The notes beneath the pieces were generated by a model, which was given only the letters and a program-made list of their open reading frames with translations, had not been told where the DNA came from and searched no databases. The position numbers and the translations under genes are program-made. From the NCBI GenBank assembly GCA_023247705.1, contig JAHFFY010000004.1, positions 2,561 to 66,560 of the forward strand: 64,000 bases of DNA, in the 5' to 3' direction. This DNA is from Candidatus Omnitrophota bacterium (lineage in GTDB: Bacteria > Omnitrophota > Gorgyraeia > Zapsychrales > JAHFFX01). Below are positions 18,787 to 28,557 of the stretch, piece by piece. How positions within the stretch are numbered: position 1 is the stretch's first letter; every line of letters begins with the position of its first letter.

Positions 18787-19821
18787 GTGATTCATGTTGG
18801 CGTGATTGGTTGCGGGCATTGGGGCCCGAACCATATCAGAATATTTTCTCATTCTCCCAATTCTCAGGTTTTAATGTGCGCGGATTTGAATCAAGAGCGC
18901 TTAAAATCCATCAAAACGCTGTTTCCCCATATTCAGACCACGACCGATTATAAAGAGATCCTGAAAAATCCCCAGATCATGGCGGTGTGCATCTCTTCTC
19001 CGACGAATACGCACTTTGCTTTGACCCAAGAGGCCCTGGAACATGATAAACATGTCTTGTGCGAAAAGCCGCTGGCGTTAACGTCTCAGGAATGCCAGAA
19101 ACTGAAAGATCTGGCGATGCAGAAGAAAAAGATATTGATGGTGGGGCATGTGTTCGTGTTTAATCTGGGGATCGTTAAATTAAAGGAATATATTCAGTCC
19201 GGCGAGTTAGGCCGGATCTATTATGCCCATAGCGAGCGTACAAACCTGGGCCCTTTTCGTTATGATGTCAACGCGCTATGGGATTTGGCCCCGCATGACA
19301 TCTCGATTTTTAACTATCTTTTTGACCACTGTCCCCAATCGGTTTCCGCGCGAGGTCAGAAGTGTTTAGGCACATCCCAGGAGGATCTGGCCTTTTCCAC
19401 CTTGGAATATCCCAATGATATCTTGGTCAACGTGCATGTCAGCTGGCTGGATCCCAAGAAAGTCCGGCAGATCACGATTGTGGGAGATAAAAAGATGGTG
19501 ATCTGGGATGATTTGGATAATATCGGCCCCATCAAACTTTATGACAAACACGTCGAGAAGACAGCTGTGTTTTATGAAACCTACGGAGAATTTCAGCTGC
19601 TTTCTAAAGAAGGGAGCATCACCATTCCCAATGTCGGTTTTAATGAACCGTTAAAGATTCAGGATCAATATTTTTTGAATTGTATCGTAACCAATAAAGA
19701 ATCGGATTTGGCCGATGCGCAAAAAGGTTTGGAAGTGGTTAAGACATTGTGCGCCATCCAGGAATCCATTAACAAACGCGGGGTTCCAATCGCTATTGAA
19801 AATCCGGTTTTGGTAAGATAA
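18787..19821 (+). CDS. Gfo/Idh/MocA family NAD-dependent sugar oxidoreductase.
   Basis: GVIGCGHWGPNH Rossmann motif and EKPLALT motif. GTG start with an AAGGAGG ribosome-binding site. Confidence 0.8.
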   Translation: MIHVGVIGCGHWGPNHIRIFSHSPNSQVLMCADLNQERLKSIKTLFPHIQTTTDYKEILKNPQIMAVCISSPTNTHFALTQEALEHDKHVLCEKPLALTSQECQKLKDLAMQKKKILMVGHVFVFNLGIVKLKEYIQSGELGRIYYAHSERTNLGPFRYDVNALWDLAPHDISIFNYLFDHCPQSVSARGQKCLGTSQEDLAFSTLEYPNDILVNVHVSWLDPKKVRQITIVGDKKMVIWDDLDNIGPIKLYDKHVEKTAVFYETYGEFQLLSKEGSITIPNVGFNEPLKIQDQYFLNCIVTNKESDLADAQKGLEVVKTLCAIQESINKRGVPIAIENPVLVR

Positions 19822-19902
19822 GAAGATCATACGGATAGTTTGCGAGTTCCAGGTTGTATAAATTCGTAAAACCCGCAAGCTCGACAACTCGAAAATTAAA
19901 CA

Positions 19903-20463
19903 ATGAAATACTCCCGTCATAAAACCGCTCTCATCGAAAAGACCGCCCGTATTGGCGAAGGGACTAGAGTCTGGGCCTTTACGAATATCCAGCGAGGCGT
20001 TGTGATCGGCAAGAATTGTAATCTCTGCGACGGATGTTTTATTGAGACCGGTGCGATTGTTGGAAACCATGTGACGATCAAGAATGGAATTTCTGTCTTT
20101 AACGGGATCATCCTGGAGGACGATGTCTTTTGTGGAGCGAATTGCGCGTTCATCAACGACCGTCATCCCCGAAGCCACCGGAAGCACTCCTGGATTTTAG
20201 AAAGGACGGTGGTCAAAAAGGGGGCGACGATCGGCAGCAACGCGACGATCATGTGCGGGATTACGATCGGTGAGTACGCCGTCGTCGGGGCCGGGAGTGT
20301 CGTTACTAAGGATGTCTTTCCCTATACGATTGTGGTCGGTAATCCGGCCAGAATGAAAGGATATGCCTGTCAATGCGGGCTGACTCTCAAGCGTAATCTG
20401 GTATGTTCCTGCGGTCTGAAGTATAAAAAGAAATCTTCTCAGGGAATATTGGCCCATGCCTAG
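19903..20463 (+). CDS. Hexapeptide-repeat (left-handed beta-helix) acetyltransferase.
   Basis: Repeated [LIV]G-x4 hexapeptides (IGEGTRVWAFTNIQRGVVIGKNCNL). Confidence 0.75.
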   Translation: MKYSRHKTALIEKTARIGEGTRVWAFTNIQRGVVIGKNCNLCDGCFIETGAIVGNHVTIKNGISVFNGIILEDDVFCGANCAFINDRHPRSHRKHSWILERTVVKKGATIGSNATIMCGITIGEYAVVGAGSVVTKDVFPYTIVVGNPARMKGYACQCGLTLKRNLVCSCGLKYKKKSSQGILAHA

Positions 20464-21187
20464 GATTTTGGTCAGTCCCATTGCATTTAATGAAAATGTC
20501 AAATTAAGAAATGTGATTGAACGTTTTTTGAAAAGCGGTGTGTATTCCAAAGTCGATTATCTTGTTCTAGATGACGGATCAACGGACGGCACGAGAGAAA
20601 TGATCGCAAGTTATAAAGACCGCGGTGTTCAAACCTTGAAGCATCCCCAACGCAGGGGTGTCGGTGCGGCGATCCGGACCGTCATTGATTACGCGCGGGA
20701 AAAACACTATGATATCCTGGTGATCATGGCCGGGAATGATAAAGACAATCCCGAAGAAATTCCCCGGTTGCTGGATCCGATCACGCAACTGGGATTCGAT
20801 TTGGTCCAGGGCTCGCGGTATCTGGGTGGAGGAGGGATCGGCGGAGACATGCCGTTTTACCGCAAAATCGCGACCCGTCTTCACCCCTGGCTTTTGTCAT
20901 TGATCGCCGGACAACAAATGACGGACAGCACCAATGGTTTCCGCGCTTTTAAACTTTCTCTGTTTGACGATCAACGGATCAATATTCATCAGGAATGGCT
21001 CAACGCGTACGAATTGGAACCGTATTTACTTTTTAAAAGCATTTTATTAAAGTATAAGGTCTGCGAAGCCCCGGTCACCAAGATCTATCCGTCGAAGAAA
21101 TTAGGTTACACGAAGATGAAACCCTTGATTGGCTGGTGGAGTATTCTGCGCCCGTTGGTTTATTTAGGGTTGGGTATTCGCAAATAG
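20456..21187 (+). CDS. Family 2 glycosyltransferase (polyprenyl-phosphate sugar synthase-like, DPM1/ArnC type).
   Basis: DDGSTDGT motif and the DxD region. Confidence 0.75.
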   Translation: MPRILVSPIAFNENVKLRNVIERFLKSGVYSKVDYLVLDDGSTDGTREMIASYKDRGVQTLKHPQRRGVGAAIRTVIDYAREKHYDILVIMAGNDKDNPEEIPRLLDPITQLGFDLVQGSRYLGGGGIGGDMPFYRKIATRLHPWLLSLIAGQQMTDSTNGFRAFKLSLFDDQRINIHQEWLNAYELEPYLLFKSILLKYKVCEAPVTKIYPSKKLGYTKMKPLIGWWSILRPLVYLGLGIRK

Positions 21188-21247
21188 TTTTTTTCCAGAT
21201 TTAAACCTCGTCAGTTGTTTTGACGTTAATCAGAAGGGACAGGAACT

Positions 21248-21502
21248 ATGAAAAAGATTGAACTGTTGTTTGCCGTAGCCTTGCTGGGCGGTTGCGCTTA
21301 TAACGCCGATAATCTTTCCGATATGATGCGCGATCCGCATTATACCCATTATCAGGAAGCCTCTGATGAACTCGAGCATGAATTCCTGAATAAAAAAATT
21401 TCTTATGCCGATTACCAGATGAGAAAACAAGAGTTAGACAATACTTATGAAAAAGAAGTCAAAATCCGCGAAGAGAAAATGCATGAAGAAAAGGCCCCAT
21501 GA
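21248..21502 (+). CDS. Small lipoprotein.
   Basis: Signal peptide with lipobox LLGGC; 84 aa. Confidence 0.5.
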   Translation: MKKIELLFAVALLGGCAYNADNLSDMMRDPHYTHYQEASDELEHEFLNKKISYADYQMRKQELDNTYEKEVKIREEKMHEEKAP

Positions 21503-22272
21503 AACTTTTCGGCAAGAATCCCGCTCTAGAGCGGTTAAAATCGAACCCTCAAACAATACGCAAGATATTTATCCAGGAACAGCATCCCGATGCAAGTTAT
21601 ATCCGTCAGAAAGCCAAGAAATGGAACATCCCGGTTTTTTCCATTCCTAAAAATAAGATTTTGAAATTGGCCCCGCATCAGAATACTCAGGGGATTTTGG
21701 TCGAGGTGGAAGATTTTGCCTACACGCTTTATGATGAATTAATCGAAGAGGCGAAGAAAAAAAAGCGGACCTTGATTTTTCTGGACGGACTCAATGATCC
21801 GCAGAATTTGGGCGGGATTATCCGGAGTTTGGGATGCTTGGGAAGTTTCGCGGTTGTTTTGCCGGTCCACGGTTCCGTCGAAATCACTGAAGCGGTTTTA
21901 CGCGTTGCCTCCGGCGGAGATAATTATGTCCAGGTGGCCAAGGTGCAGAACCTGGTTCAAGCCCTCGGCGTTGCGAAAAAAGAAGGGTTCTGGATCGCGG
22001 GAACAGTCGTACAGGGCGGAAAAGATTTATTCGACATCGAGCTGCCTTTTCCCTTGGCCTTGGTGATCGGTTCTGAGCAAAAAGGGATTCGGGACGTTAT
22101 TAAAAAACAGCTGGATTTAGAATTGACGATTCCCATGGGGCCGGAGCGGATGTCGCTCAATGTGGCTCATGCGACGACGATTTTAGCCTATGAAGTCACC
22201 AAACAAAAAAATAAAAACCACAATAAAAGAATCTCCCAAAATCCAGCGGCGCAATCCATATCCGGCGATTAA
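21499..22272 (+). CDS. rlmB: 23S rRNA (guanosine-2'-O)-methyltransferase RlmB (SpoU/TrmH family).
   Basis: LDGLNDPQNLGGIIRS, LVIGSEQKGI and NVAHATTILAYE motifs. Confidence 0.8.
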   Translation: MKLFGKNPALERLKSNPQTIRKIFIQEQHPDASYIRQKAKKWNIPVFSIPKNKILKLAPHQNTQGILVEVEDFAYTLYDELIEEAKKKKRTLIFLDGLNDPQNLGGIIRSLGCLGSFAVVLPVHGSVEITEAVLRVASGGDNYVQVAKVQNLVQALGVAKKEGFWIAGTVVQGGKDLFDIELPFPLALVIGSEQKGIRDVIKKQLDLELTIPMGPERMSLNVAHATTILAYEVTKQKNKNHNKRISQNPAAQSISGD

Positions 22273-22825
22273 TTTTTTTGCGGAGGCCGGCCTTCTTAAA
22301 AAAGTGAAGCGCAGTGGCTGGTGGGTCACTGGGATTTCCAACCCGGAGAGTGTCGCCGAGCATTGTTTCCGCTGTGCGGTGATCGGATATTATATCGCCC
22401 ATCTGGAACAAGCCGATCCTTATAAAGTTTTGGTTATGACCCTTTTTAACGACATCCATGAATCGCGGATTAACGATTTGCACAAAATGGGCCATTATTA
22501 TATCGATTTCAAAGACGCGGAAAAGAAAGTCTTTAAGGACCAGCTTGAATTTTTGGATCAGCGGATCAAGCGGGAGTTGAATTTGCTGCGGGGCGATTAT
22601 GATCAACAAAAGAGCAAGGAAGCGATCGTCGCGCGCGATGCGGATATTTTAGAATGCCTTTTGCAGGCAAAGGAATATTTTGATCAGGGTTATCTGGTCA
22701 CGAAAAAGTTTTTCAACCGCGCGCCGTCTTATCTGAAAACAAAAACCGCGCAAACGATGTGGCGTCAAATGAAGTCCTGGGATAGCAGCAGTTGGTGGGA
22801 ACATGTGGTCAATTTTCAGAGATGA
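22190..22825 (+). CDS. HD-domain phosphohydrolase (YfbR-like 5'-deoxynucleotidase family).
   Basis: SVAEHCFRCAV motif with an H...HD pattern, plus HDIHESRINDL. The true start may lie downstream of the rlmB stop. Confidence 0.65.
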   Translation: MKSPNKKIKTTIKESPKIQRRNPYPAINFFAEAGLLKKVKRSGWWVTGISNPESVAEHCFRCAVIGYYIAHLEQADPYKVLVMTLFNDIHESRINDLHKMGHYYIDFKDAEKKVFKDQLEFLDQRIKRELNLLRGDYDQQKSKEAIVARDADILECLLQAKEYFDQGYLVTKKFFNRAPSYLKTKTAQTMWRQMKSWDSSSWWEHVVNFQR

Positions 22826-23598
22826 AACGAAATTTTTCAAGAATTTTTTTCTTTGGAGTGTTTATCTTCACAGTTATTTTGACAAACGGATGCGCCACGA
22901 CCTATAATGCTGCCACTGGCCGGCGGGAAATCATCATCATCCCGACCAACGAAGAAGTCACGATGGGGGAAGACATCCATCGGAAGCTATTGACCGAGTT
23001 TCATCTTTCTCAAGATAAGAATAAAGTCGGACGGCTCAAGCGGATCGGCGCTAGAGTTTCCCAGGTTTCAGACCGGCAGGATTTTGAATATCATTTCTTT
23101 CTGGTTGAGAAAGACGAACTGAATGCTTTTACCGTGCCGGGCGGAAATATTTATATGTTCACGGGGCTGTTCGATAAACTTAAAACAGACGATGAGATCG
23201 CTGGGGTCCTGGCGCACGAGGTCGGCCATTGCGCCGCCCGGCATACCATCAAAAAATTTCAGGCCGCGGTGAGTTACAGTCTAATTGGAAGTATCATTCT
23301 TAATACGCTTCAGATGGAAGAACAACTCCAGCGTATCGCGACCTTAAGCACGGATGTTCTGATGAACCTGGTTTTTTCTGCTTATGGCCGCCGGGATGAA
23401 TTCGAGGCTGACCGATTAGGCATAAAATATCTTGATTTAGCCGGCTATAACGTCAACGGGATGTTGGAGGTTCTGGACGTCCTGAAACAAGAATCAAAAG
23501 GCCCACGAATGCCGTTGATTTTACAGACGCATCCTTACGTTGAAGACCGCATTGAGGCGGTCAAGAAAGAGATCGAACGTCTTCGATCGGGCGGATAG
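22822..23598 (+). CDS. M48 family zinc metalloprotease lipoprotein.
   Basis: HEVGHCAARH HExxH motif; lipobox LTNGC; ATGA overlap with the upstream gene. Confidence 0.8.
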   Translation: MKRNFSRIFFFGVFIFTVILTNGCATTYNAATGRREIIIIPTNEEVTMGEDIHRKLLTEFHLSQDKNKVGRLKRIGARVSQVSDRQDFEYHFFLVEKDELNAFTVPGGNIYMFTGLFDKLKTDDEIAGVLAHEVGHCAARHTIKKFQAAVSYSLIGSIILNTLQMEEQLQRIATLSTDVLMNLVFSAYGRRDEFEADRLGIKYLDLAGYNVNGMLEVLDVLKQESKGPRMPLILQTHPYVEDRIEAVKKEIERLRSGG

Positions 23599-23625
23599 GA
23601 AAATCAATAATGGGAGAGGCTGTTT

Positions 23626-23916
23626 ATGGAACGGATCGGTATTGCAGCGAGTAAAATAGCGAAAGGAAATTTTTATCTTTATAATTTTTTTGTTGTTTTA
23701 ATTTCATTCTTGTTTTCGATTTTTATTTTTTTGGTCGGTGGCTCAGCTGTATTGATCGCATTGATTTTGCTCGGTTATTTTTTTAAAGGATCCATGTCTG
23801 CAAATTTCGAAAAAGAGTGGATTTCTGTTATGCTTATATGTATGATAGCACTTGCCATTAGCGTAGGATTGTTCTGTTTGGTGGCCATCGCCCGTAATAT
23901 AAAGTTTAATAAATAG
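23626..23916 (+). CDS. Small membrane protein, two transmembrane helices.
   Basis: 96 aa; AT-rich. Confidence 0.4.
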   Translation: MERIGIAASKIAKGNFYLYNFFVVLISFLFSIFIFLVGGSAVLIALILLGYFFKGSMSANFEKEWISVMLICMIALAISVGLFCLVAIARNIKFNK

Positions 23917-23973
23917 TCGAGTGGTCCGATCGGAGGGGTCGTGACCAGACAAGAATTAAACTAGAGCTCAAAT

Positions 23974-26292
23974 ATGATCAATAATGATTTGAAGTTTAAA
24001 GAATTAATTGATAATTTGAAAATTGGTGTGTTTAGATGTTCCGCTGACAGTGATGTCAAATTTTTGTTTGTCAATTTTACTTTTACCGAGATGTTCGGAT
24101 ATTCCCCGGCGGCCATCCTCCGAATTCCCGTTTCTAATTTTTTTGAAGACCAGCGAAAATTTCAATCTTTGATCAAACAGACCCGATTGCAGGGATTTGT
24201 TAAAGACGAAGAAATCCGGTTAAAAGGGAAAGACAAAAAACCTTTTTGGTGTTCGGTGTCCTGTGTTGCCGTCAAAGAAAAAAAAGGAATTGTCCGGTAC
24301 TTTGATGTCATGGTGGAGGATATTTCGACCAAGAAACGCGTTGAAAAAGAATTAATCGAATCCAAAGAACTTTTCCGGGTCGTTTTCGATAACTCCGCCG
24401 CAGCGATCACGGTCACGGATAAAGATGAACGCATTATCGCCTGGAACCCATTTGCGGAAAAGATGCTTGAAATGAATCAGGAAGATCTATTCAATAAACC
24501 GGTCAAAGAACTTTATCCTCCCCAAGAATGGCGTCGCCTGAGGTCGTTTCGCGTTCGTCGTAAAGGGATGCTGTCCGATATTGAAACGCAAATTTATAAA
24601 AAAGACAGGCGTTTGTTGGACGTCCATATGTCTCTTTCAGTCGTCAAGGATCAGGAAGGAAAAATCACCGGGGCGATCGGGATCATGCGGGACATCACCA
24701 CCCAAAAGATCGCTGAACGCAAGATCAAAGAGTCGGAAAATAAAATCCGGATTATTTTGGATAATTCCGCTGCAGCGATTACCTTGACCGATGAAAACGA
24801 GCGCATCGTCTCCTGGAACAGTTATACCGAGCATTTGTTAGGTTTTAAGCGGAAAGATCTTTATATGAAGCCGGTGAACACATTATATCCCGATGAGGAA
24901 TGGGCCAAGATCCGCGCCGAAAATATCCGAAAAACGGGTTCTAAGCATCATCTGGAAACAAAGATAATTCATAAAACCGGACGGATCATTGATATCGATC
25001 TTTCCATCAATGTCTTGAAAGATTCTAACGATCGCATTGTCGGTTCAGTCGGGATCATGCAGGATATTACCGAACAAAAGAAAGTCCAGCAGATGTTGCT
25101 GCAGGCGAAGTTAGCCGCGGAAGAAGCCAATAGCGCCAAGAGTTTATTTCTCGCGAATATGTCGCATGAGGTTCGAACGCCGATGAGTACGATTTTGGGG
25201 ATGATTGATTTAACGTTGGATACCCGGTTGGATGACGAACAAAAGGATAATCTCAAGGTCGCGAAAGATGCCGCCGATAATCTCTTGGGTCTGCTGAATG
25301 ATATCCTGGATCTTTCCCGGGTCGAAGCCGGTAAGATTAATCTGGAATCGATTGAACTCAATTTATCGAACGTGGTCAAAAGCGTTTGTAAGGGGTTGTC
25401 GGTCTTGGCGCGCAATAAAGATCTGGATCTTTTATGGAATGTTGATGCGAATGTCCCTGAACTTTTGGAAGGGGATCCGGTCAGATTACGCCAGGTCTTA
25501 GTCAACCTGATCAATAACGCGATCAAATTTACGCATAAAGGCAAGATTGAAGTGACCGTTAAACCTTCTTCGATTGCTGAACACGATTGTCAGTTGCTCT
25601 TTGCCGTCACTGATTCCGGGATCGGGATCCCGAAAAATAAACAGGACGTTATTTTTGAGGTGTTTACTCAAGCGGACGATTCAACGACCAGACGATACGG
25701 CGGAACGGGGTTGGGCTTGGCGATTTCCAAGAGATTGGTTGAGATGATGGGCGGGAGAATTTGGGTCGAAAGCGAAGAGTGTAAGGGAAGCACGTTTTAT
25801 TTTACGGCGAACTTCAAATACAAGAAAAAGCCCGCTGTTGTTCTGGATATCCCGGCCGATGAAGAAGCCCGCGATGAGAAAGGCAGTCCTCAAAAAGATT
25901 TACGGAGCCTGAGGATTTTATTGGCTGAAGATAATTTAGTGAACCAGAAGATCACTGTCAAGATGTTGGAAAAACAAGGGTGGACCGTCATGACCGCGAT
26001 GAATGGCCAGGAGGTTTTGGATTTCCTGAGCAAAGAATCTTTTGATGTGGTTCTGATGGACGCCCATATGCCGGTGTTGGACGGACTGGAAACGACGCGT
26101 TTGATCAGAGAAGATGAAAGAAAAACTGGAAAACACACCCCGATTGTGGCTTTAACCGCGCGGGCGATGGAAGAAGATCGACAAAGATGCATTGCCTCCG
26201 GTATGGATGGATATGTTTCCAAACCGATCGACCGCTTAAAACTTTATGAGGCCATCAAAAATTTGTTTAACAAAGGAAAATCCAATGAATGA
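23974..26292 (+). CDS. Hybrid sensor histidine kinase with three PAS domains, HisKA, HATPase and a C-terminal receiver domain.
   Basis: H-box MSHEVRTPM; G-box [10 protein letters not shown]; receiver [12 protein letters not shown]...[12 protein letters not shown]. Confidence 0.85.
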   Translation: MINNDLKFKELIDNLKIGVFRCSADSDVKFLFVNFTFTEMFGYSPAAILRIPVSNFFEDQRKFQSLIKQTRLQGFVKDEEIRLKGKDKKPFWCSVSCVAVKEKKGIVRYFDVMVEDISTKKRVEKELIESKELFRVVFDNSAAAITVTDKDERIIAWNPFAEKMLEMNQEDLFNKPVKELYPPQEWRRLRSFRVRRKGMLSDIETQIYKKDRRLLDVHMSLSVVKDQEGKITGAIGIMRDITTQKIAERKIKESENKIRIILDNSAAAITLTDENERIVSWNSYTEHLLGFKRKDLYMKPVNTLYPDEEWAKIRAENIRKTGSKHHLETKIIHKTGRIIDIDLSINVLKDSNDRIVGSVGIMQDITEQKKVQQMLLQAKLAAEEANSAKSLFLANMSHEVRTPMSTILGMIDLTLDTRLDDEQKDNLKVAKDAADNLLGLLNDILDLSRVEAGKINLESIELNLSNVVKSVCKGLSVLARNKDLDLLWNVDANVPELLEGDPVRLRQVLVNLINNAIKFTHKGKIEVTVKPSSIAEHDCQLLFAVTDSGIGIPKNKQDVIFEVFTQADDSTTRRYGGTGLGLAISKRLVEMMGGRIWVESEECKGSTFYFTANFKYKKKPAVVLDIPADEEARDEKGSPQKDLRSLRILLAEDNLVNQKITVKMLEKQGWTVMTAMNGQEVLDFLSKESFDVVLMDAHMPVLDGLETTRLIREDERKTGKHTPIVALTARAMEEDRQRCIASGMDGYVSKPIDRLKLYEAIKNLFNKGKSNE

Positions 26293-26626
26293 AGAAGCGA
26301 TTGACTTAAAAGATGTTTTAGAGAGAGTCCAGGATGATCGAGATTTGTTGATGGAATTATTACAGATCTATACGGAAGATTTCGTTGAGAAAAAGAAACT
26401 TCTAGACGAGGCGGTTACAAAAAGTGATTATGACCAGATCAAAAATTTTTCCCACGCCCTGAAAGGCGCTTCGGGAAATATCTCGGCAAAAAAATTGCAT
26501 ACCTCATTTTTGACTTTAGAGCAGATGGCTAAAAATAAAGATTTGTCTCAATCCCCAAAGCTCTTGTCCGAAATCAATCAGCAATTTAGCGAGTTGAAGG
26601 ATTATATCGTCAAATTAAAGAAATAA
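26285..26626 (+). CDS. Hpt phosphotransfer protein.
   Basis: [14 protein letters not shown] HxxKG motif; ATGAATGA overlap with the kinase stop. Confidence 0.7.
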   Translation: MNEEAIDLKDVLERVQDDRDLLMELLQIYTEDFVEKKKLLDEAVTKSDYDQIKNFSHALKGASGNISAKKLHTSFLTLEQMAKNKDLSQSPKLLSEINQQFSELKDYIVKLKK

Positions 26627-26670
26627 ACTTTGCTTTTGGTCAAAGTTTACTAACGTTAGACCCGATATGT

Positions 26671-26698
26671 GAAGACGCCTTTTTAAAGGGCGTCTTTC
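26671..26698 (+). terminator. Putative intrinsic terminator after the Hpt gene.
   Basis: GAAGACGCCTTTTTAAAGGGCGTCTTTC stem-loop followed by thymines. Confidence 0.35.
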
Positions 26699-26712
26699 GT
26701 GTCTATGGATGG

Positions 26713-27735
26713 ATGATGATGAAAAAAATCGTAATGGTTGTCTCAATCTTCTTTATATTCATTGGATTATGTTTTTATATTGTTTTCTATTCAACCTTTT
26801 TTCCAGGGATTTGTTTGTCCCAATGGTTGCAAAGAAAATATCCGGAGATACACCTGGAAAGTTTTCAGTATAAGAAGCGCTCGTTTGAATTTTTAAATCA
26901 AATCGAGTTTTCCGACGTTCATGTCGTTTTGAAGAAAGATAATTTACATTTTAAAATTGATTTTGCCGGTTTGAAATTGATTGGCCATAAAAGTTTTTGG
27001 CATCCGGAGAATATTTTTGATCTCTCCGTCTTGGAATTGGATATCAAAAGTTCTGTGTTTGAGATGACCCGCGGCCGTCTCAAATTGAAATTTGCTTTAT
27101 CAAAAAATCATAGCATGAATTTGCAAGGCGATTTGAACGTGGGGAACGGATCGTTAGGCCCCTATGCGCTTGAGGACATATCCGCGGGGATCAGCGGGGA
27201 TGAAAGACATCTCCGGCTGGATCAATTTGCGGCCGTCTGCTTTAAAGGAAAATTAGCAGGAGACATTTTGTTGCGACTTTCTTCTGTGGTATCATATGAA
27301 TTGAAATTAACCTTCTCTGAGATGAGAACCGAAGACTTGCGCTCTTTAAATGATCAAATTTTTTCGCAGCTGAATGGAAATCTCAACGGGACTATCCAAA
27401 TTGAAGGGACCGACGATCAAATCGAGACGCTGGTATCTGATCTTAATGTCCAGCAAGGCGGCAAGATCCGGTCATCTTTGTTCGGCTTGCTGGTCGATTA
27501 TCTGCCGGAAGGTTCACAAAAGGCAGTATTATCCGATTTGATCCAATCGGATCAGAACGTTTTGGTGAAGAAAGCTGTATTGCAGATTAAAAATCTCGGG
27601 GTAAAGAAATTCCCGACCCGCATGATCTTGGAAAGTGATAAAGTGAATTTAGACCTCAGTCTGGACATCAATCTGGATGCGCCGATCAATCAATGGATTC
27701 AAAAGATGAATGAACTGAAAAAGGAGAATTTATGA
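26713..27735 (+). CDS. N-terminally anchored hypothetical protein, possibly a short YdbH/AsmA-like protein.
   Basis: 340 aa with an N-terminal transmembrane helix. Its position upstream of YnbE-like and YdbL-like genes mirrors the E. coli ydbH-ynbE-ydbL arrangement. Confidence 0.5.
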   Translation: MMMKKIVMVVSIFFIFIGLCFYIVFYSTFFPGICLSQWLQRKYPEIHLESFQYKKRSFEFLNQIEFSDVHVVLKKDNLHFKIDFAGLKLIGHKSFWHPENIFDLSVLELDIKSSVFEMTRGRLKLKFALSKNHSMNLQGDLNVGNGSLGPYALEDISAGISGDERHLRLDQFAAVCFKGKLAGDILLRLSSVVSYELKLTFSEMRTEDLRSLNDQIFSQLNGNLNGTIQIEGTDDQIETLVSDLNVQQGGKIRSSLFGLLVDYLPEGSQKAVLSDLIQSDQNVLVKKAVLQIKNLGVKKFPTRMILESDKVNLDLSLDINLDAPINQWIQKMNELKKENL

Positions 27736-28094
27736 GAATAATTTGTTCTCGACAAGAGATTTTGATTGCTCAGGTTTTATTGACCTTTTCTTCATTAAAG
27801 GCATTGAGGAAGTCAATATTAGGTTTTTTTTCTAGAGTAGAAAAGGTTTTCATATTGGTTACCTCTACGTTTTTATATTGGAAAAGACCAATAGGAATAA
27901 CGGCGTGTTTCGTTTTTATTGTGTCAGGTTGCACCGTGAAGGCTGTTGGCGATCCGAACCGGCCCATCACCATCAATGCGCACATCACACTCGATATTAA
28001 AGGCTTAAAAGATTCAGCGTCCAATATTGAAGATTTTGTCAGCGGGGAAAAATCCAAAGAAGATCTTCAGAAATCAGGAGGGTCCAAACCATGA
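27732..28094 (+). CDS. YnbE-family lipoprotein.
   Basis: IVSGCTVKAVGDPNRPITINAHITLDIKGL matches the YnbE core (lipobox followed by PITIN). The true start is probably internal, a TTG near 27855. Confidence 0.6.
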   Translation: MRIICSRQEILIAQVLLTFSSLKALRKSILGFFSRVEKVFILVTSTFLYWKRPIGITACFVFIVSGCTVKAVGDPNRPITINAHITLDIKGLKDSASNIEDFVSGEKSKEDLQKSGGSKP

Positions 28095-28504
28095 GAAGGA
28101 TATTTCAAGGGATTTGCTTATTATTTTTAACGGTCATGCCGATGGGCAACTTTAATCTTTTTGCCGATGGGAAATATGATATCAAGGAAATGACGCCGGC
28201 GGTCAAAACGGCCCTGGAAAACCGACGCGACCGATTTGACGACTTGAAGGCGTTCAAGGTTCAAGGCATCATCGGAGAGAATAATCGCGGGTATGTGGAA
28301 GCGTTAACCAGTGACAGCGCGGCCCAGCGGTTAGTTGACGCCGAAAACAAAGACCGCAAGGTGATTTATCAGACCATTGAAGAACAGAATAATCTTTCCG
28401 GCGCTTTAGAAACGATTGAAAAGGTTTTTGCCCAGGTTCAGCGCGAAAAGTCTAATCCAGGCGATAAGATCCAAACCGAAGACGGTCAATGGGTGACAAA
28501 ATAA
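28091..28504 (+). CDS. YdbL-like DUF1318 periplasmic protein.
   Basis: Signal peptide; GIIGENNRGYVEAL and RKVIYQTIEEQNNLS are typical of DUF1318. Confidence 0.6.
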   Translation: MRRIFQGICLLFLTVMPMGNFNLFADGKYDIKEMTPAVKTALENRRDRFDDLKAFKVQGIIGENNRGYVEALTSDSAAQRLVDAENKDRKVIYQTIEEQNNLSGALETIEKVFAQVQREKSNPGDKIQTEDGQWVTK

Positions 28505-28557
28505 CGCCGGACATCAAGATTCTAACCCGGAAAAAATATTTAACGAGTTGATGCGAT

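Noticed and set aside
19651-20187. A 178-aa minus-strand ORF spanning the oxidoreductase/acetyltransferase junction.
   Set aside because: It overlaps two well-supported plus-strand genes and shows no motifs.
24969-25544. A 191-aa minus-strand ORF inside the histidine kinase gene.
   Set aside because: It is antisense to conserved HisKA/HATPase coding sequence and has an S/R-rich low-complexity translation.
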